From contig CAXNJM010000001.1 of NCBI GenBank assembly GCA_964202895.1, forward strand, positions 176,673 to 240,672: a DNA stretch of 64,000 bases, given 5' to 3'. Source of the stretch: Rickettsiales bacterium UBA1997 (GTDB taxonomy: Bacteria > Pseudomonadota > Alphaproteobacteria > Rickettsiales > UBA1997). Of this stretch, positions 29,304 through 39,380 are shown piece by piece. The notes under the pieces were generated by a model. The model saw only the letters and a program-made list of their open reading frames with translations. It made no database searches and had not been told where the DNA came from. The translations under genes and the position numbers were made by a program. Numbering within the stretch: position 1 is the stretch's first letter; each line of letters opens with the position of its first letter.

Positions 29304-30191
29304 TTGAAAAATCAATTTAATAACACAGTAGTCATAGATAATAAAAACAACAATCTGGCTATTCGACAAGATTTTGCAAATATTATTCTTACACAATCAA
29401 AATTTGAAAATAATCAAGATAAAGAAAAGTTAGTTGATATATTTATTAAATTATATCGTATTGAAATTTTTAAAGATGGTTTGGATCTAATTCTTTCAAA
29501 GCTTAAAGAAAAAAAATTACAATTTGAAATTAGGGTAATTAAAGGATGGGACACTAATCAAGGATGTTTTTTAACTCAAAAAAAGAGCTTTATTGATAAG
29601 ACTGTTGAAAAAATTGATAAAATATTTTATCGCCAAGAGCTGAAAATCATAATTCGCAACCTTTCTTATAATGTACTAGCTCATGAAATGGCTCATTGCT
29701 TTGAATTTGAAAGCGGAATCTCCCTCAATGAAAAGTTTCGTGAAGCAATCGCCCTTGATATGAAAGGTCGTGAAGCGGATTTTTTACCTCTTAAATATCA
29801 AATAAAGAGATTAATGATTGATGCTTTAAAAAATTATAAACCAGATCAGTTTTTATCTGAATTATTTGCAAGGTACTTTGAATTGTTAAGCATCTCAAGA
29901 AATGTGTGTCAAAATGGAGATTTTCAAACTCAAGAAGTTATGGATTTTTTTGTTAATACTACCAATTTTATCAATAAAATCTTTAATCCATTAATTAAAA
30001 AGCAAATTAATATTGATATTGCAGATAAATCTTCTTTATTAATTGAACAAATAAAGCTTGATGTTAATGAAAAAAAATTTCAAAAGAAGTTTAATTCTTG
30101 TGCCGAGAAAGCAGAGTCGAAAAAATGGACGGGCTCTATTAATTCAAATGCAAGATGGCTTAATGACTGGAAAAACTCTAATAAAAACTAG
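29304..30191 (+). CDS. Hypothetical protein with HExxH zinc-metalloprotease motif
   Basis: 295 aa with a TTG start. 'VLAHEMAHCFEFESG' (HEMAH at nt 29682-29696), with Glu residues about 20 aa downstream (gluzincin-like spacing). No other family motif recognised. Confidence 0.5.
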   Translation: MKNQFNNTVVIDNKNNNLAIRQDFANIILTQSKFENNQDKEKLVDIFIKLYRIEIFKDGLDLILSKLKEKKLQFEIRVIKGWDTNQGCFLTQKKSFIDKTVEKIDKIFYRQELKIIIRNLSYNVLAHEMAHCFEFESGISLNEKFREAIALDMKGREADFLPLKYQIKRLMIDALKNYKPDQFLSELFARYFELLSISRNVCQNGDFQTQEVMDFFVNTTNFINKIFNPLIKKQINIDIADKSSLLIEQIKLDVNEKKFQKKFNSCAEKAESKKWTGSINSNARWLNDWKNSNKN

Positions 30192-30296
30192 TCTTAAAAT
30201 AAAAATCAGTTTATTTTCATTGTTGCCCAAAAAACTCTTGAAAATTTAATAATCTAATTCATACTGAATTTCAGAATCCACAAATTTATAATTTCA

Positions 30297-31538
30297 ATGC
30301 CAAATCTTCAATTCTTGCTAGTTATGACAAACAAAACAAACTTTTCCATCTTCTGCATTTGTTGCTTTACTATTTTTGCTAATCAAGCATTTGGTGCTGG
30401 TTATTCAACAGATGTATATTCCGCCTCACAAATAGGAAATTCTTATGCTGGTTCAGTTACCGGCGTGCATGATGTTAGTGATATATTTTTTAACCCTTCA
30501 GTAACTGCCGGAAGTGATAAAACTCAATTAGTTGCATCTTTTAGCTATTTAAGCTTAAGAATAACTCCAAGTGTAACAAGCCCCAATAACAGCAATCAAT
30601 CCAACGATGCTGGGAGTAATAATTTTTTGCCAGCACTATATTTAACAACTCCAATTAATAAAAAAACAGCCTTCAATCTATCAATAAATTCGCCATTTGG
30701 CTTAGCAACAAAATATAACAAAAATTGGCAAGGTAGATATTCTGCAATCGAAAGCTCTGTTTATACTGCAAATATTAATCCTTCTTTATCTTATAAAATA
30801 GCCGACGATCTATCAATTGGGGCTGGTTTTGTAGCTCAATTTTATCAAGCAAACTTAAATCAAGCGGTGAATTTTGGTGCCGGTGATTCAAAAGCTGGGT
30901 TAATAGGAAATGATTGGGGTTATGGTTATAATTTAGGTGTGAATTATAAAATAAATGATAAATTAAAAATTGGCGCTGGATACAGGTCAAAAATTGATTA
31001 TCAATTGTCTGGCACAACAAAAATTAAGGATCTCAATCTTTATTCTAAATTCACCGCCAAAACATCAACTCCAGAATCTTTTACTACCGGATTTTCTTAT
31101 CAACTAAATCAAAAATTTGAATTAGTGTATGATTTAACTTGGACAAAATGGTCTCGCTTACAAAATTTGCAAGTTAACGCTGTCAACCCTTTAATGAGTA
31201 ACAATGTAAAATTTAACTGGCGAGATTCTTCTCTTAATTCACTTGGAGCTAACTTTTTTTTAGAAAATAAAAATATCATTAGAACCGGTGTAGCTTTTGA
31301 GAAAGATGCTATCACGGATAATAATAGGGGCCCTAGAATTCCTTCTGGAAATAGAACGTGGGCTTCTGTGGGCTTTTCTCAACAAATAGAAGATAGTCTT
31401 GCCATTGATTATAGTTTTTGTCATCAATTTCATAGAAAAACAAAAATTAATAACGATTTAAATTCTCCTACTTCTTATAATGCAGAATATAGAACTCAAT
31501 CTGATGCTCTATCAATAGCAATTAAAAAAGATTTTTAA
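30297..31538 (+). CDS. FadL/OmpP1-family outer-membrane transport protein
   Basis: Signal peptide 'MTNKTNFSIFCICCFTIFANQAFG', so the more likely start is 30321. Then 'AGYSTDVYSASQIGNSYAGSVTG', a beta-barrel pattern, and a C-terminal aromatic residue (...KKDF). Confidence 0.75.
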   Translation: MPNLQFLLVMTNKTNFSIFCICCFTIFANQAFGAGYSTDVYSASQIGNSYAGSVTGVHDVSDIFFNPSVTAGSDKTQLVASFSYLSLRITPSVTSPNNSNQSNDAGSNNFLPALYLTTPINKKTAFNLSINSPFGLATKYNKNWQGRYSAIESSVYTANINPSLSYKIADDLSIGAGFVAQFYQANLNQAVNFGAGDSKAGLIGNDWGYGYNLGVNYKINDKLKIGAGYRSKIDYQLSGTTKIKDLNLYSKFTAKTSTPESFTTGFSYQLNQKFELVYDLTWTKWSRLQNLQVNAVNPLMSNNVKFNWRDSSLNSLGANFFLENKNIIRTGVAFEKDAITDNNRGPRIPSGNRTWASVGFSQQIEDSLAIDYSFCHQFHRKTKINNDLNSPTSYNAEYRTQSDALSIAIKKDF

Positions 31539-31603
31539 ATGCTATTGTTGTGTTTTAGATTTATAAAAAACTCTACCTTATCAACCATTTAATAATTTAG
31601 GGA

Positions 31604-32899
31604 TTGAAACTTTTTCGTTTTTATTTAGATAGTATTAAAAAATCAAATTATACTGATTATATCGACGAAGACAGGATATTATTGGTTGATGATCAGGAGA
31701 TTAACCTCATAACAATAAAATCAAAAATAGAAAAGTTTTTGGTTGGTTTAAAATGCGATATAGCAAGAAGCGGCAAAGATGCAATTGATATTATTAAAAA
31801 AAATAATTATCAATTAGTGTTAATGGATGTTCAAATGTTAGGAATGAATGGTTTTATAACCGCAAAAACAATCAAAAATTACAATAAAAACATAACAATT
31901 ATCGCTCTTACATCTTTAAGCAAAAAATCATTTCGTAAAGAGATAGTCAAAGAATTTGATAAAAATTATTTTGATTTTTATGTTAGTAAATCCGCTCCAG
32001 ACAATATCCTCTTTCGTGGAATCGCAAAATGGCTTTATCATTTTAAAGATAATTTTTATTATTTAGGAGAAAAAAAAGATTATATTAAAAATTTACAAAA
32101 CAAAAGGGTTATTCTTGCTGATGATCAAGCGGTAAGTAGGGTTATTATTAAGAAATTTTTAGAAGATGTTGGTTTAGAGGTTGTTGAGGCTGAAGATGGC
32201 GGTAAGCTATTAGAAATATATCGACATAGTCTTGATGATAAAGGAAAAACAAATATCGATATAATCATTACAGACATTAATATGCCAATAATTAATGGCG
32301 ACGAGGTGTCAACAATAATTAGACAAATTGAGAATTTTAACGAAATAAATTATCACCAAGAATTGCCAATTATTGCCTTAAGCGGAGATGGCGAAAAAGA
32401 CGATATTAAAAAATATCTCGATTCTCAAATGACTGATTATTTTATTAAAGGCGATGATTATGAGTTATTGATAAAAATTATATCTAATTATCTAACAAAA
32501 AGGTATAGCATTGCACTAGATGAGCTTCCTTCTGATCTTAAATTTTTTGCAGAAATTAATAATTTTTTATCAATTGATGATGTTAAAATTTTTAATGAAA
32601 GTGCTTTATTATTATTTGATAAAGATGAGAAAACAAAGCTTTTTTCTTTATTTATAAAAGAAAGTGCAGAATTAATCAATAATATAATAAAAAGCAATTC
32701 TAACGATAATATAAAAGATGTTTTATTTTACATGCATTCAATAAAAGGAATCTCAAGAAGTATTGGAGCAGAGAGGTTGTTTTGCAACGTCAGAACAATA
32801 GAATCTTTATTAAAAAATAATAAAATTCTAGTAGATTGGTTGCAAGTTATTATTGATTCCCATCAAGAATTTATTAAGGAAATTCAAATATTTCTTTAA
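31604..32899 (+). CDS. Phosphorelay protein with two receiver domains and a C-terminal HPt domain
   Basis: REC1 'LLVDDQEIN...LVLMDVQMLGMNG...ALTS'. REC2 'ILADDQAVS...IIITDINMPIINGDE...IALSG...FIKG'. HPt 'LFYMHSIKGISRSIGAERL'. TTG start. Confidence 0.75.
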   Translation: MKLFRFYLDSIKKSNYTDYIDEDRILLVDDQEINLITIKSKIEKFLVGLKCDIARSGKDAIDIIKKNNYQLVLMDVQMLGMNGFITAKTIKNYNKNITIIALTSLSKKSFRKEIVKEFDKNYFDFYVSKSAPDNILFRGIAKWLYHFKDNFYYLGEKKDYIKNLQNKRVILADDQAVSRVIIKKFLEDVGLEVVEAEDGGKLLEIYRHSLDDKGKTNIDIIITDINMPIINGDEVSTIIRQIENFNEINYHQELPIIALSGDGEKDDIKKYLDSQMTDYFIKGDDYELLIKIISNYLTKRYSIALDELPSDLKFFAEINNFLSIDDVKIFNESALLLFDKDEKTKLFSLFIKESAELINNIIKSNSNDNIKDVLFYMHSIKGISRSIGAERLFCNVRTIESLLKNNKILVDWLQVIIDSHQEFIKEIQIFL

Positions 32900-33065
32900 T
32901 AGCTAAAAATATTACAAAAATTTACAAATCATTACTAAAAATAACAATTTCATTAAAAAATATAAAAATTACTATAGAATGAGTCCTTGGAGTATATTAT
33001 TTTAGGGCATTTTCTTTTTCTAAAATATAATTAGAAAGATTGTTAAATATTAAAATATAGCTATA

Positions 33066-34913
33066 ATGTGCGGAATAGTTGGAGTAATTGGTTCTAATAA
33101 TGTCATCGATGTTGTTATAGATGGATTAAAAAAACTTGAATATCGAGGTTATGATTCTGCTGGTATTTTATTGATTGAAAATAATAGTTTTTCTGTTTTT
33201 AAAGAGCAGGGGAAGATTTTAAATTTAGAATCACTATTTCAGAAAGAAAATAAATCTTTATCATCAAAAATTGCTATTGGTCATACTCGTTGGGCAACTC
33301 ATGGCAAGCCAAGCAAGAATAATGCTCACCCACATTCAAGTAGCTTTGTTGGTGTAGTTCATAATGGTATAATTGAAAATTACCAAGAAATTAAGCAAAT
33401 GTTAATTTTAGAAGGGGTTGAGTTTTTAAGTCAAACAGATAGCGAGATTATACCTCATTTAATTCAAAAAAACTTTTTAAAATTAAAAGACTACAAAGAA
33501 TCTATATTGAAAACAGTAAAAGAATTAGAGGGTAGCTTTGCTTTGGCGATTATATTTCTTGATAATCCGAATCAAATTTTTGTTGTCAAAAAAGGCTCTC
33601 CGCTAATTATTGGAATAGGTGATGATCAAAATTTTATCGCTTCTGATTATCAAGCAATTGCAAAATATTCTAATAAAATCATTGTATTAGAGGATAATCA
33701 AATTGGCATTATTGGAAAAAGCAATTGTGAAATTTATAAATTTAATGGCAATAAAGTTTTGCCAAATATCCGCCAAATGAAAACTCTTAATAAAAATATT
33801 AATAAAGGTGATTTTCCGCATTTTATGTTAAAAGAAATCTATGAGCAACCTAATGTTATCGCTGAAACAATCGAGACATACATTGATCTTGAAAATTATA
33901 ACATTAATTTACCTAATTTTAGCTTTAATTTACAAGATATTCAAAAAATTACTATTATCGCCTGCGGAACTTCTTATTATGCTGGTTTGTGTGGAAAATA
34001 TATAATTGAGAAATTTGCTAGAATTCCGGTTGAAGTTGATATAGCCTCTGAATTTAGATACAGAGATGCTATATTTTCTAAGAATAGCTTAATAATTTTC
34101 ATTTCTCAATCTGGTGAAACTGCTGATAGCTTGGCATCACTTAAATATTGCAAAGAAAATAATCAAAATAGTTTAGCAATTGTTAATGTCGATATTAGTT
34201 CAATGGCTGAAATATCTGATGCAATAATTAAAACAATTGCTGGTCCAGAAATTGGCGTTGCATCAACAAAGTGCTATATTGCTCAAATTGCTGTTTTATC
34301 GATATTAGCAATTAAAGTTGCAGAAATTAAAGGCACTATTAATAATGATAAAAAAATCTCCTTGATTAAGGAATTGATTCATTGTCAAGAAAAAATAACT
34401 CAAATTCTTGATGATGACAATGTAAAAAAAATAAGCGATATTGCTGAAAATTTAAAGAATAGTAAACAAATTTTGTTTACAGGTAGAGGGGTTTCTTCGG
34501 TTAGTGCACTTGAATCTTCTTTGAAAATGAGAGAGCTTTCTTATATTAATGCTCAAGGAATAGCATCTGGAGAGTTAAAGCATGGAACGATTGCCGTAAT
34601 TGATGAGGATACACCTCTAATAGCAATTGGAGTAGATACTGCTGAAAATTCTTTAATCGATAAAATCATTTCTAATATTGAGGAAGTTTGTGCAAGAGGT
34701 GCTAAAGTTACATTCGTATCTGATAAAAAATCAATTAAAAAAATAAAAAACTTAATCAATAACTCAATTGAAATTCCAGATATTGATGGCATTATTCAAG
34801 AATCAATAATACCAATAGTTGCTACTCAATTGTTAGCTTATTTTACTGCTTTAAAATTAGGTAACGATGTTGATCAGCCAAGAAATCTTGCAAAATCAGT
34901 TACTGTAGAGTAG
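33066..34913 (+). CDS. glmS: Glutamine-fructose-6-phosphate aminotransferase
   Basis: 'MCGIVGVIG', 'GHTRWATHG', two SIS domains, and C-terminal 'PRNLAKSVTVE'. Confidence 0.97.
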   Translation: MCGIVGVIGSNNVIDVVIDGLKKLEYRGYDSAGILLIENNSFSVFKEQGKILNLESLFQKENKSLSSKIAIGHTRWATHGKPSKNNAHPHSSSFVGVVHNGIIENYQEIKQMLILEGVEFLSQTDSEIIPHLIQKNFLKLKDYKESILKTVKELEGSFALAIIFLDNPNQIFVVKKGSPLIIGIGDDQNFIASDYQAIAKYSNKIIVLEDNQIGIIGKSNCEIYKFNGNKVLPNIRQMKTLNKNINKGDFPHFMLKEIYEQPNVIAETIETYIDLENYNINLPNFSFNLQDIQKITIIACGTSYYAGLCGKYIIEKFARIPVEVDIASEFRYRDAIFSKNSLIIFISQSGETADSLASLKYCKENNQNSLAIVNVDISSMAEISDAIIKTIAGPEIGVASTKCYIAQIAVLSILAIKVAEIKGTINNDKKISLIKELIHCQEKITQILDDDNVKKISDIAENLKNSKQILFTGRGVSSVSALESSLKMRELSYINAQGIASGELKHGTIAVIDEDTPLIAIGVDTAENSLIDKIISNIEEVCARGAKVTFVSDKKSIKKIKNLINNSIEIPDIDGIIQESIIPIVATQLLAYFTALKLGNDVDQPRNLAKSVTVE

Positions 34914-35131
34914 TTTTTAAATAATTTATGTGTCAGTTTAATTTTTAATTCAAATAAATCTTGCTATTTCAAAAAACAATATTTTAATTAATTTACAAAT
35001 TCATTCGAATAATGTTTAATCTAAAAAATGTTTTTAAAATTTATTATTTTAAAAATTGAATTAATCATTTTTTATCGATAAACATTTTGCTTTGATTACA
35101 TAAAACTTTTTAATTTATAATTTACTAAAAT

Positions 35132-36007
35132 ATGACTAAAAAAAACAAAAAAATTAGCAATAAAAATCTTGCTATCATAGCCGTAGCAGTAGCTGTTATA
35201 GGTTTTGCTTCTTTAATTATTGCAAAAACTGGTTCTAAATCAGCAGATAATTCTGAAGATAAAGCTAAGCAAGAAAACTCAGTTGAAAACATGATGGAGG
35301 CTAAATCTGTAGCTTCTGGAGTTGATCCTGATAAAAAAATTGAAAATGCAAAAGATGTTGAAGAGGTTGTATCCAAATGGGTTGAAAATAATCCTCAATT
35401 TATCATCTCTGCAGTTATGAAAATGCAAAAAAAGGCAATGGAAGATCAGATGAAAAATGCCCAAGCTAAAATTGGTGAAAAAAAATCAGAGTTATTTAAA
35501 GATAAAAATTCTCCTGTATTTGACCCTTCTGGTTCAAACATAACAATTGTTGAATTCTTCGACTATTCTTGTGGTTATTGTAAAAAAGCAAATGAAGTTT
35601 TATCTAAGTTATTCGCAGAAGATAAAAAAGTTAAAATCGTTTATAAAGAATATCCTGTTCTTGGTCCTAATTCTGAAGAGCTAGCTCGCATTGCTCTTGC
35701 GGTTAATATTATTAAGCCTAAGCTTTACAAAGAATTTCATGACAAATTAATGTCAAGCAAAGTTTCTTCGAAAGAAGAGGCGTTAAAAATTGCTGAAGAA
35801 GTTGGTGTGAAAGCTGATAAAGTAACTTCTACCCTTGATAAAGAAAAAGAGCAAATATCTAACATGATCGAAGCAAACCGCAAGTTAGCTTCTGAAATCG
35901 GTGCCAATGGCACCCCTGCATTTATTATTGGTGATGAATTTATTCCTGGTATGCTTGATTTAGAAACTTTGAAAGGAAAAATTGCACAAGCCAGAAAAAA
36001 GAAATAA
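35132..36007 (+). CDS. DsbA-family thiol:disulfide oxidoreductase (Com1-like, membrane-anchored or secreted)
   Basis: N-terminal hydrophobic anchor, thioredoxin-fold active site 'FFDYSCGYCKK', and 'GTPAFIIG'. Confidence 0.75.
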   Translation: MTKKNKKISNKNLAIIAVAVAVIGFASLIIAKTGSKSADNSEDKAKQENSVENMMEAKSVASGVDPDKKIENAKDVEEVVSKWVENNPQFIISAVMKMQKKAMEDQMKNAQAKIGEKKSELFKDKNSPVFDPSGSNITIVEFFDYSCGYCKKANEVLSKLFAEDKKVKIVYKEYPVLGPNSEELARIALAVNIIKPKLYKEFHDKLMSSKVSSKEEALKIAEEVGVKADKVTSTLDKEKEQISNMIEANRKLASEIGANGTPAFIIGDEFIPGMLDLETLKGKIAQARKKK

Positions 36008-36041
36008 TAACTAATTAAAATAATAATTTAGTTAAAAATCG

Positions 36042-36077
36042 CCCCCTTCCTTGTTTTAACTAGGAAGGGGGTTTTTC
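36042..36077 (+). terminator. Rho-independent terminator after the dsbA-like gene
   Basis: A 9-bp GC-rich stem, cccccttcc (36042-36050) / ggaaggggg (36063-36071), followed by TTTTT (36072-36076). Confidence 0.8.
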
Positions 36078-36122
36078 TTAACTTTAATTTTAAAATCAAA
36101 TAACTTAATAACAATAACACCC

Positions 36123-37397
36123 TTGCAACAACTCTCTACAGAACAACAGGCTGTTATTAAATCATTAGAAGATGGTAAAAACATTCTTGTAACCGGAGGT
36201 GCGGGCACAGGAAAATCATTTATATTAAATTTTATTAAAAAAAAATATTCAGGAATCGGTCTAGAAGTAACTGCTAGTACCGGTATTGCCTCTGTTAATA
36301 TAGGAGGTTCAACTATATATTCTTGGGCGGGGATAGGTCTTGGAAATTTGCCGGCTCAACAAATTATAGAGAATTTGTTTAGTGCTAGGGGCTCTAAAGC
36401 AAGATATAGAATTAAAAAAACAAAAATTTTGGCAATTGATGAAATATCAATGATATCTGCTAACTTGCTTGAGTTGTTAGATGTAGTATTTAAAGCGGTA
36501 AGAAGCTCTAACTTGCCAATGGGTGGAATGCAGGTTTTATTCTTTGGTGATTTTTTGCAATTGCCTCCTGTTAATAAAGGTGGTGAAGAGGTTAGTTTTT
36601 GCTTTACTTCTCCTGTGTGGAAAGAATTAAATTTAAGTAATATTATTTTAAAGCAAATTTTTCGTCAACAAGACATGAAATTTATCAAGATTCTCAATAA
36701 TCTTAGAGTTGGTAAAATTGATGATGAAGATAAAGAGGTTCTAAAATCAAGAATTAAAGGTGATGAAAAAAATAATGATGCTATTAAACCAACAATTCTA
36801 ACTACTCATAACCATAAGGCCGAATCAATAAATAACGAGGAGATGGGTAAAATAAAATTACCAAAGCAACTATATCAAGCAATTTATGAAGGAGTTGTCG
36901 ATAAAATTGAGCATTTAAAGAAAAATTGTTTAGCTCAAGATAATTTATTGCTTAAAATTAATGCTCAAGTGATGATGATAAAAAATACTTATCAAAAAGA
37001 TGGTATCATTAACGGCTCTTTAGGTGTTGTAAGGGATTTTTCGGTTAAAAAAAATTATCCAATAGTTGAATTTGTTAATGGTAGCTTATTGACTATTTCT
37101 CCTGAAGAATGGTTGATAGAAAGATTCGATGAATTAAAGCAAGAAATGATTATTGAAGCAAAAATGATGCAAATCCCGCTTGTGGCTTCTTGGGCTATAA
37201 CAATTCATAAATCGCAGGGCTTAACTTTAGATAAAATATATTGCGATTTATCGGATATTTTTACTGCAGGGCAGGCTTATGTAGCTCTATCAAGAGCCAG
37301 AAATATTGAAAATGTTTTTATTAAGGGAATTAATTTTAATAAAATTTATGCCAATAAAAATGTTATAGATTTTTATCGTAACATCGATGAAATTTAG
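36123..37397 (+). CDS. PIF1/RecD-like SF1B DNA helicase
   Basis: Walker A 'VTGGAGTGKSF', Walker B 'LAIDEISMIS', 'FFGDFLQLPPV', 'TIHKSQGLTLD', 'YVALSRAR'. TTG start. Confidence 0.75.
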   Translation: MQQLSTEQQAVIKSLEDGKNILVTGGAGTGKSFILNFIKKKYSGIGLEVTASTGIASVNIGGSTIYSWAGIGLGNLPAQQIIENLFSARGSKARYRIKKTKILAIDEISMISANLLELLDVVFKAVRSSNLPMGGMQVLFFGDFLQLPPVNKGGEEVSFCFTSPVWKELNLSNIILKQIFRQQDMKFIKILNNLRVGKIDDEDKEVLKSRIKGDEKNNDAIKPTILTTHNHKAESINNEEMGKIKLPKQLYQAIYEGVVDKIEHLKKNCLAQDNLLLKINAQVMMIKNTYQKDGIINGSLGVVRDFSVKKNYPIVEFVNGSLLTISPEEWLIERFDELKQEMIIEAKMMQIPLVASWAITIHKSQGLTLDKIYCDLSDIFTAGQAYVALSRARNIENVFIKGINFNKIYANKNVIDFYRNIDEI

Positions 37398-37435
37398 ACT
37401 ATTGAATGTTGGTTGGTTTTTATTTAAAAAGTAGC

Positions 37436-38167
37436 CTAGCTTCCGTTGATTTCTTTGCAACCATTCTCAATTGATTCTTGAAGCTCTAGTAAAAAATCTT
37501 TTTTACTTAGGCCTTGTTTTATTGCTGGTAAGAATTTAATGATAATGGTTCCAGATTTCTTTTCTATTTTATCTTTTGACCAAAATTCTCCAGAATTAAG
37601 TGCTGTTGGAATTATCTTAACATTGAAATTATTATATAATGCCGCTATTCCTGATTGATATGGGTAATCTGCTATGTTTGAATTTATAGGGGTTCTTGTT
37701 CCTTGAGGGAAGATGATAATAGTTTGCTTTTTATCAAGATAAAATTTTGTTCTTTTTAAGAGGTATTTAATAGAGCTTGCGCCTCCTTTTCTGTCAATAG
37801 CGATGCTACTCATTTTTGCTACAAACCAACCGTAAAAAGGTATTTTTAATAGCTCTTTTTTATATGTATAAACTGGTCGGTCAAAAATTATGTGCATAAT
37901 TATTGTTTCCCACATCGATTGATGTTTGCAAGCTATGATAAAAGGCTGATTATTGGGTATATTTTCTTTGCCAATTATTTTATAATCAACATTACATAGT
38001 TTTCTTAATAACCAAATACTAGTAACTGACCATAATTTTGCCCCTTTGTCAGCGAGATAAGAATTTTTGATGAAAAATGAAGAAAAAAATAAAATTGGAA
38101 CTAATGCTCCCAATAAACCAACTAAAAAAGAGAAAATTATTGATAATATTAGATTTCGTGAAGGCAT
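37436..38167 (-). CDS. plsC: 1-acyl-sn-glycerol-3-phosphate acyltransferase
   Basis: N-terminal TM, 'CKHQSMWETI' (H-x4-E/D acyltransferase motif), and 'FPQGTR'. Confidence 0.8.
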   Translation of the reverse strand: MPSRNLILSIIFSFLVGLLGALVPILFFSSFFIKNSYLADKGAKLWSVTSIWLLRKLCNVDYKIIGKENIPNNQPFIIACKHQSMWETIIMHIIFDRPVYTYKKELLKIPFYGWFVAKMSSIAIDRKGGASSIKYLLKRTKFYLDKKQTIIIFPQGTRTPINSNIADYPYQSGIAALYNNFNVKIIPTALNSGEFWSKDKIEKKSGTIIIKFLPAIKQGLSKKDFLLELQESIENGCKEINGS

Positions 38168-38185
38168 TAAGCGATTATATTTTTG

Positions 38186-38262
38186 TGGTGCCGAATGTCG
38201 GATTCGAACTGACGACCTACTGTTTACAAGACAGTTGCTCTACCGGGCTGAGCTAATTCGGC
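38186..38262 (-). tRNA. tRNA-Thr (anticodon UGU), CCA encoded
   Basis: Minus strand reads GCCGAAT-TA-GCTC-AGCCCGGTA-GAGC-A-ACTGT-CTTGTAA-ACAGT-AGGTC-GTCAG-TTCGAAT-CCGAC-ATTCGGC-ACCA. The acceptor, D and anticodon stems are perfect. The T stem has one A.C mismatch. Confidence 0.9.
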
Positions 38263-38357
38263 TAAATTGTTGTTCTAATTATCTGGAAAGATAAGTTCAG
38301 AAATTTAGAGGCTGTTATTTTTAAGAAATAAAATAACATTTGTCAAGAAAAAAATAA

Positions 38358-39302
38358 TTATTTATTACTGCTATTCATTAAAAATTCTAATAATGCTTTT
38401 CGCACTGCGATTCCTGATTCTACTTGCTCTAAAATTACCGAGTATTTTTTATCATCAGCTATCTGCGAAGAAATTTCTACTTCGCGATTTATTGGCCCTG
38501 GATGCATAATTATTACATCTTTTTTAGCTAAAATAATTTTCTTATGATTAATTCCAAAGTTATTAAAATATTCTTCTAATGAAGGAATATAACAGCCAGA
38601 CATTCTCTCTTGCTGTATTCTGAGCATCATCACAACATCTGCATCTTGAATTGCTGACTCAATATTTTTAAAAATTTTAATTTGAAATCTATCTGTAAGC
38701 CATTTTTCATATTGATTGCTAATTAAAGTGGCTGGAGTCGCCAAGGAAATATTGGCACCAAATTTTTTAAGTAATTTAATATTCGAATGAGCTACTCTTG
38801 AGTGTAATATATCGCCACAAATTGTAATTTTTATACCTGTTAGTGTTTTTTTGTGCTGTAAGATTGTAAAAGCATCTGTTAATGCTTGAGTAGGGTGTTC
38901 GTTAGTGCCGTCTCCTGCATTAATTAGATGACAGTCGATGTTTTTTGAAAATAATTCAGCAAATCCACTAGATTCATGCCTTGTAACTATAAAATCAGGG
39001 TTCATCGCATTAATTGTTTTTGCGGTGTCGATTATCGATTCTCCTTTTTTTATCGATGAATTGTTAACATCAAAATTAATTATTTTAAAATCTAAAAGAT
39101 GGGCAGATATTTCAAAGGAAGTTCTTGTTCGTGTTGAATTTTCAAAAAAAAGATTAATTAATGTTTGTGTTTTTGAATAATTGCTATTTTTAATAGATGA
39201 TTGGTTGGGATTTCTCAATTTAGTTAAATTTTCTTGTGCCCTAGAGAATATTTCTAGAACCTGCTCTTTATTGAGTTGGTCTATAGTTATTAAGCCTTTC
39301 AT
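38358..39302 (-). CDS. pyrB: Aspartate carbamoyltransferase catalytic subunit
   Basis: 'FENSTRTRTSFE', 'NEHPTQAL', 'HSRVA', 'MHPGPINR'. Confidence 0.92.
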   Translation of the reverse strand: MKGLITIDQLNKEQVLEIFSRAQENLTKLRNPNQSSIKNSNYSKTQTLINLFFENSTRTRTSFEISAHLLDFKIINFDVNNSSIKKGESIIDTAKTINAMNPDFIVTRHESSGFAELFSKNIDCHLINAGDGTNEHPTQALTDAFTILQHKKTLTGIKITICGDILHSRVAHSNIKLLKKFGANISLATPATLISNQYEKWLTDRFQIKIFKNIESAIQDADVVMMLRIQQERMSGCYIPSLEEYFNNFGINHKKIILAKKDVIIMHPGPINREVEISSQIADDKKYSVILEQVESGIAVRKALLEFLMNSSNK

Positions 39303-39380
39303 AGTTATTGAAATTTATGATTTTAATGTAATTATCCGTTTTTATTGAATTAGCAAGACTTAACTAAATTAATGATAAAA

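Noticed and set aside
32900-33065. glmS ribozyme upstream of glmS
   Set aside because: The spacer is almost pure A/T with no pairing potential. In addition, the glmS ribozyme is a Gram-positive feature not expected in Proteobacteria.
38067-38294. 75-aa plus-strand ORF
   Set aside because: It runs antisense across the plsC 5' end and straight through the tRNA-Thr gene. The tRNA cloverleaf explains the GC-rich part.
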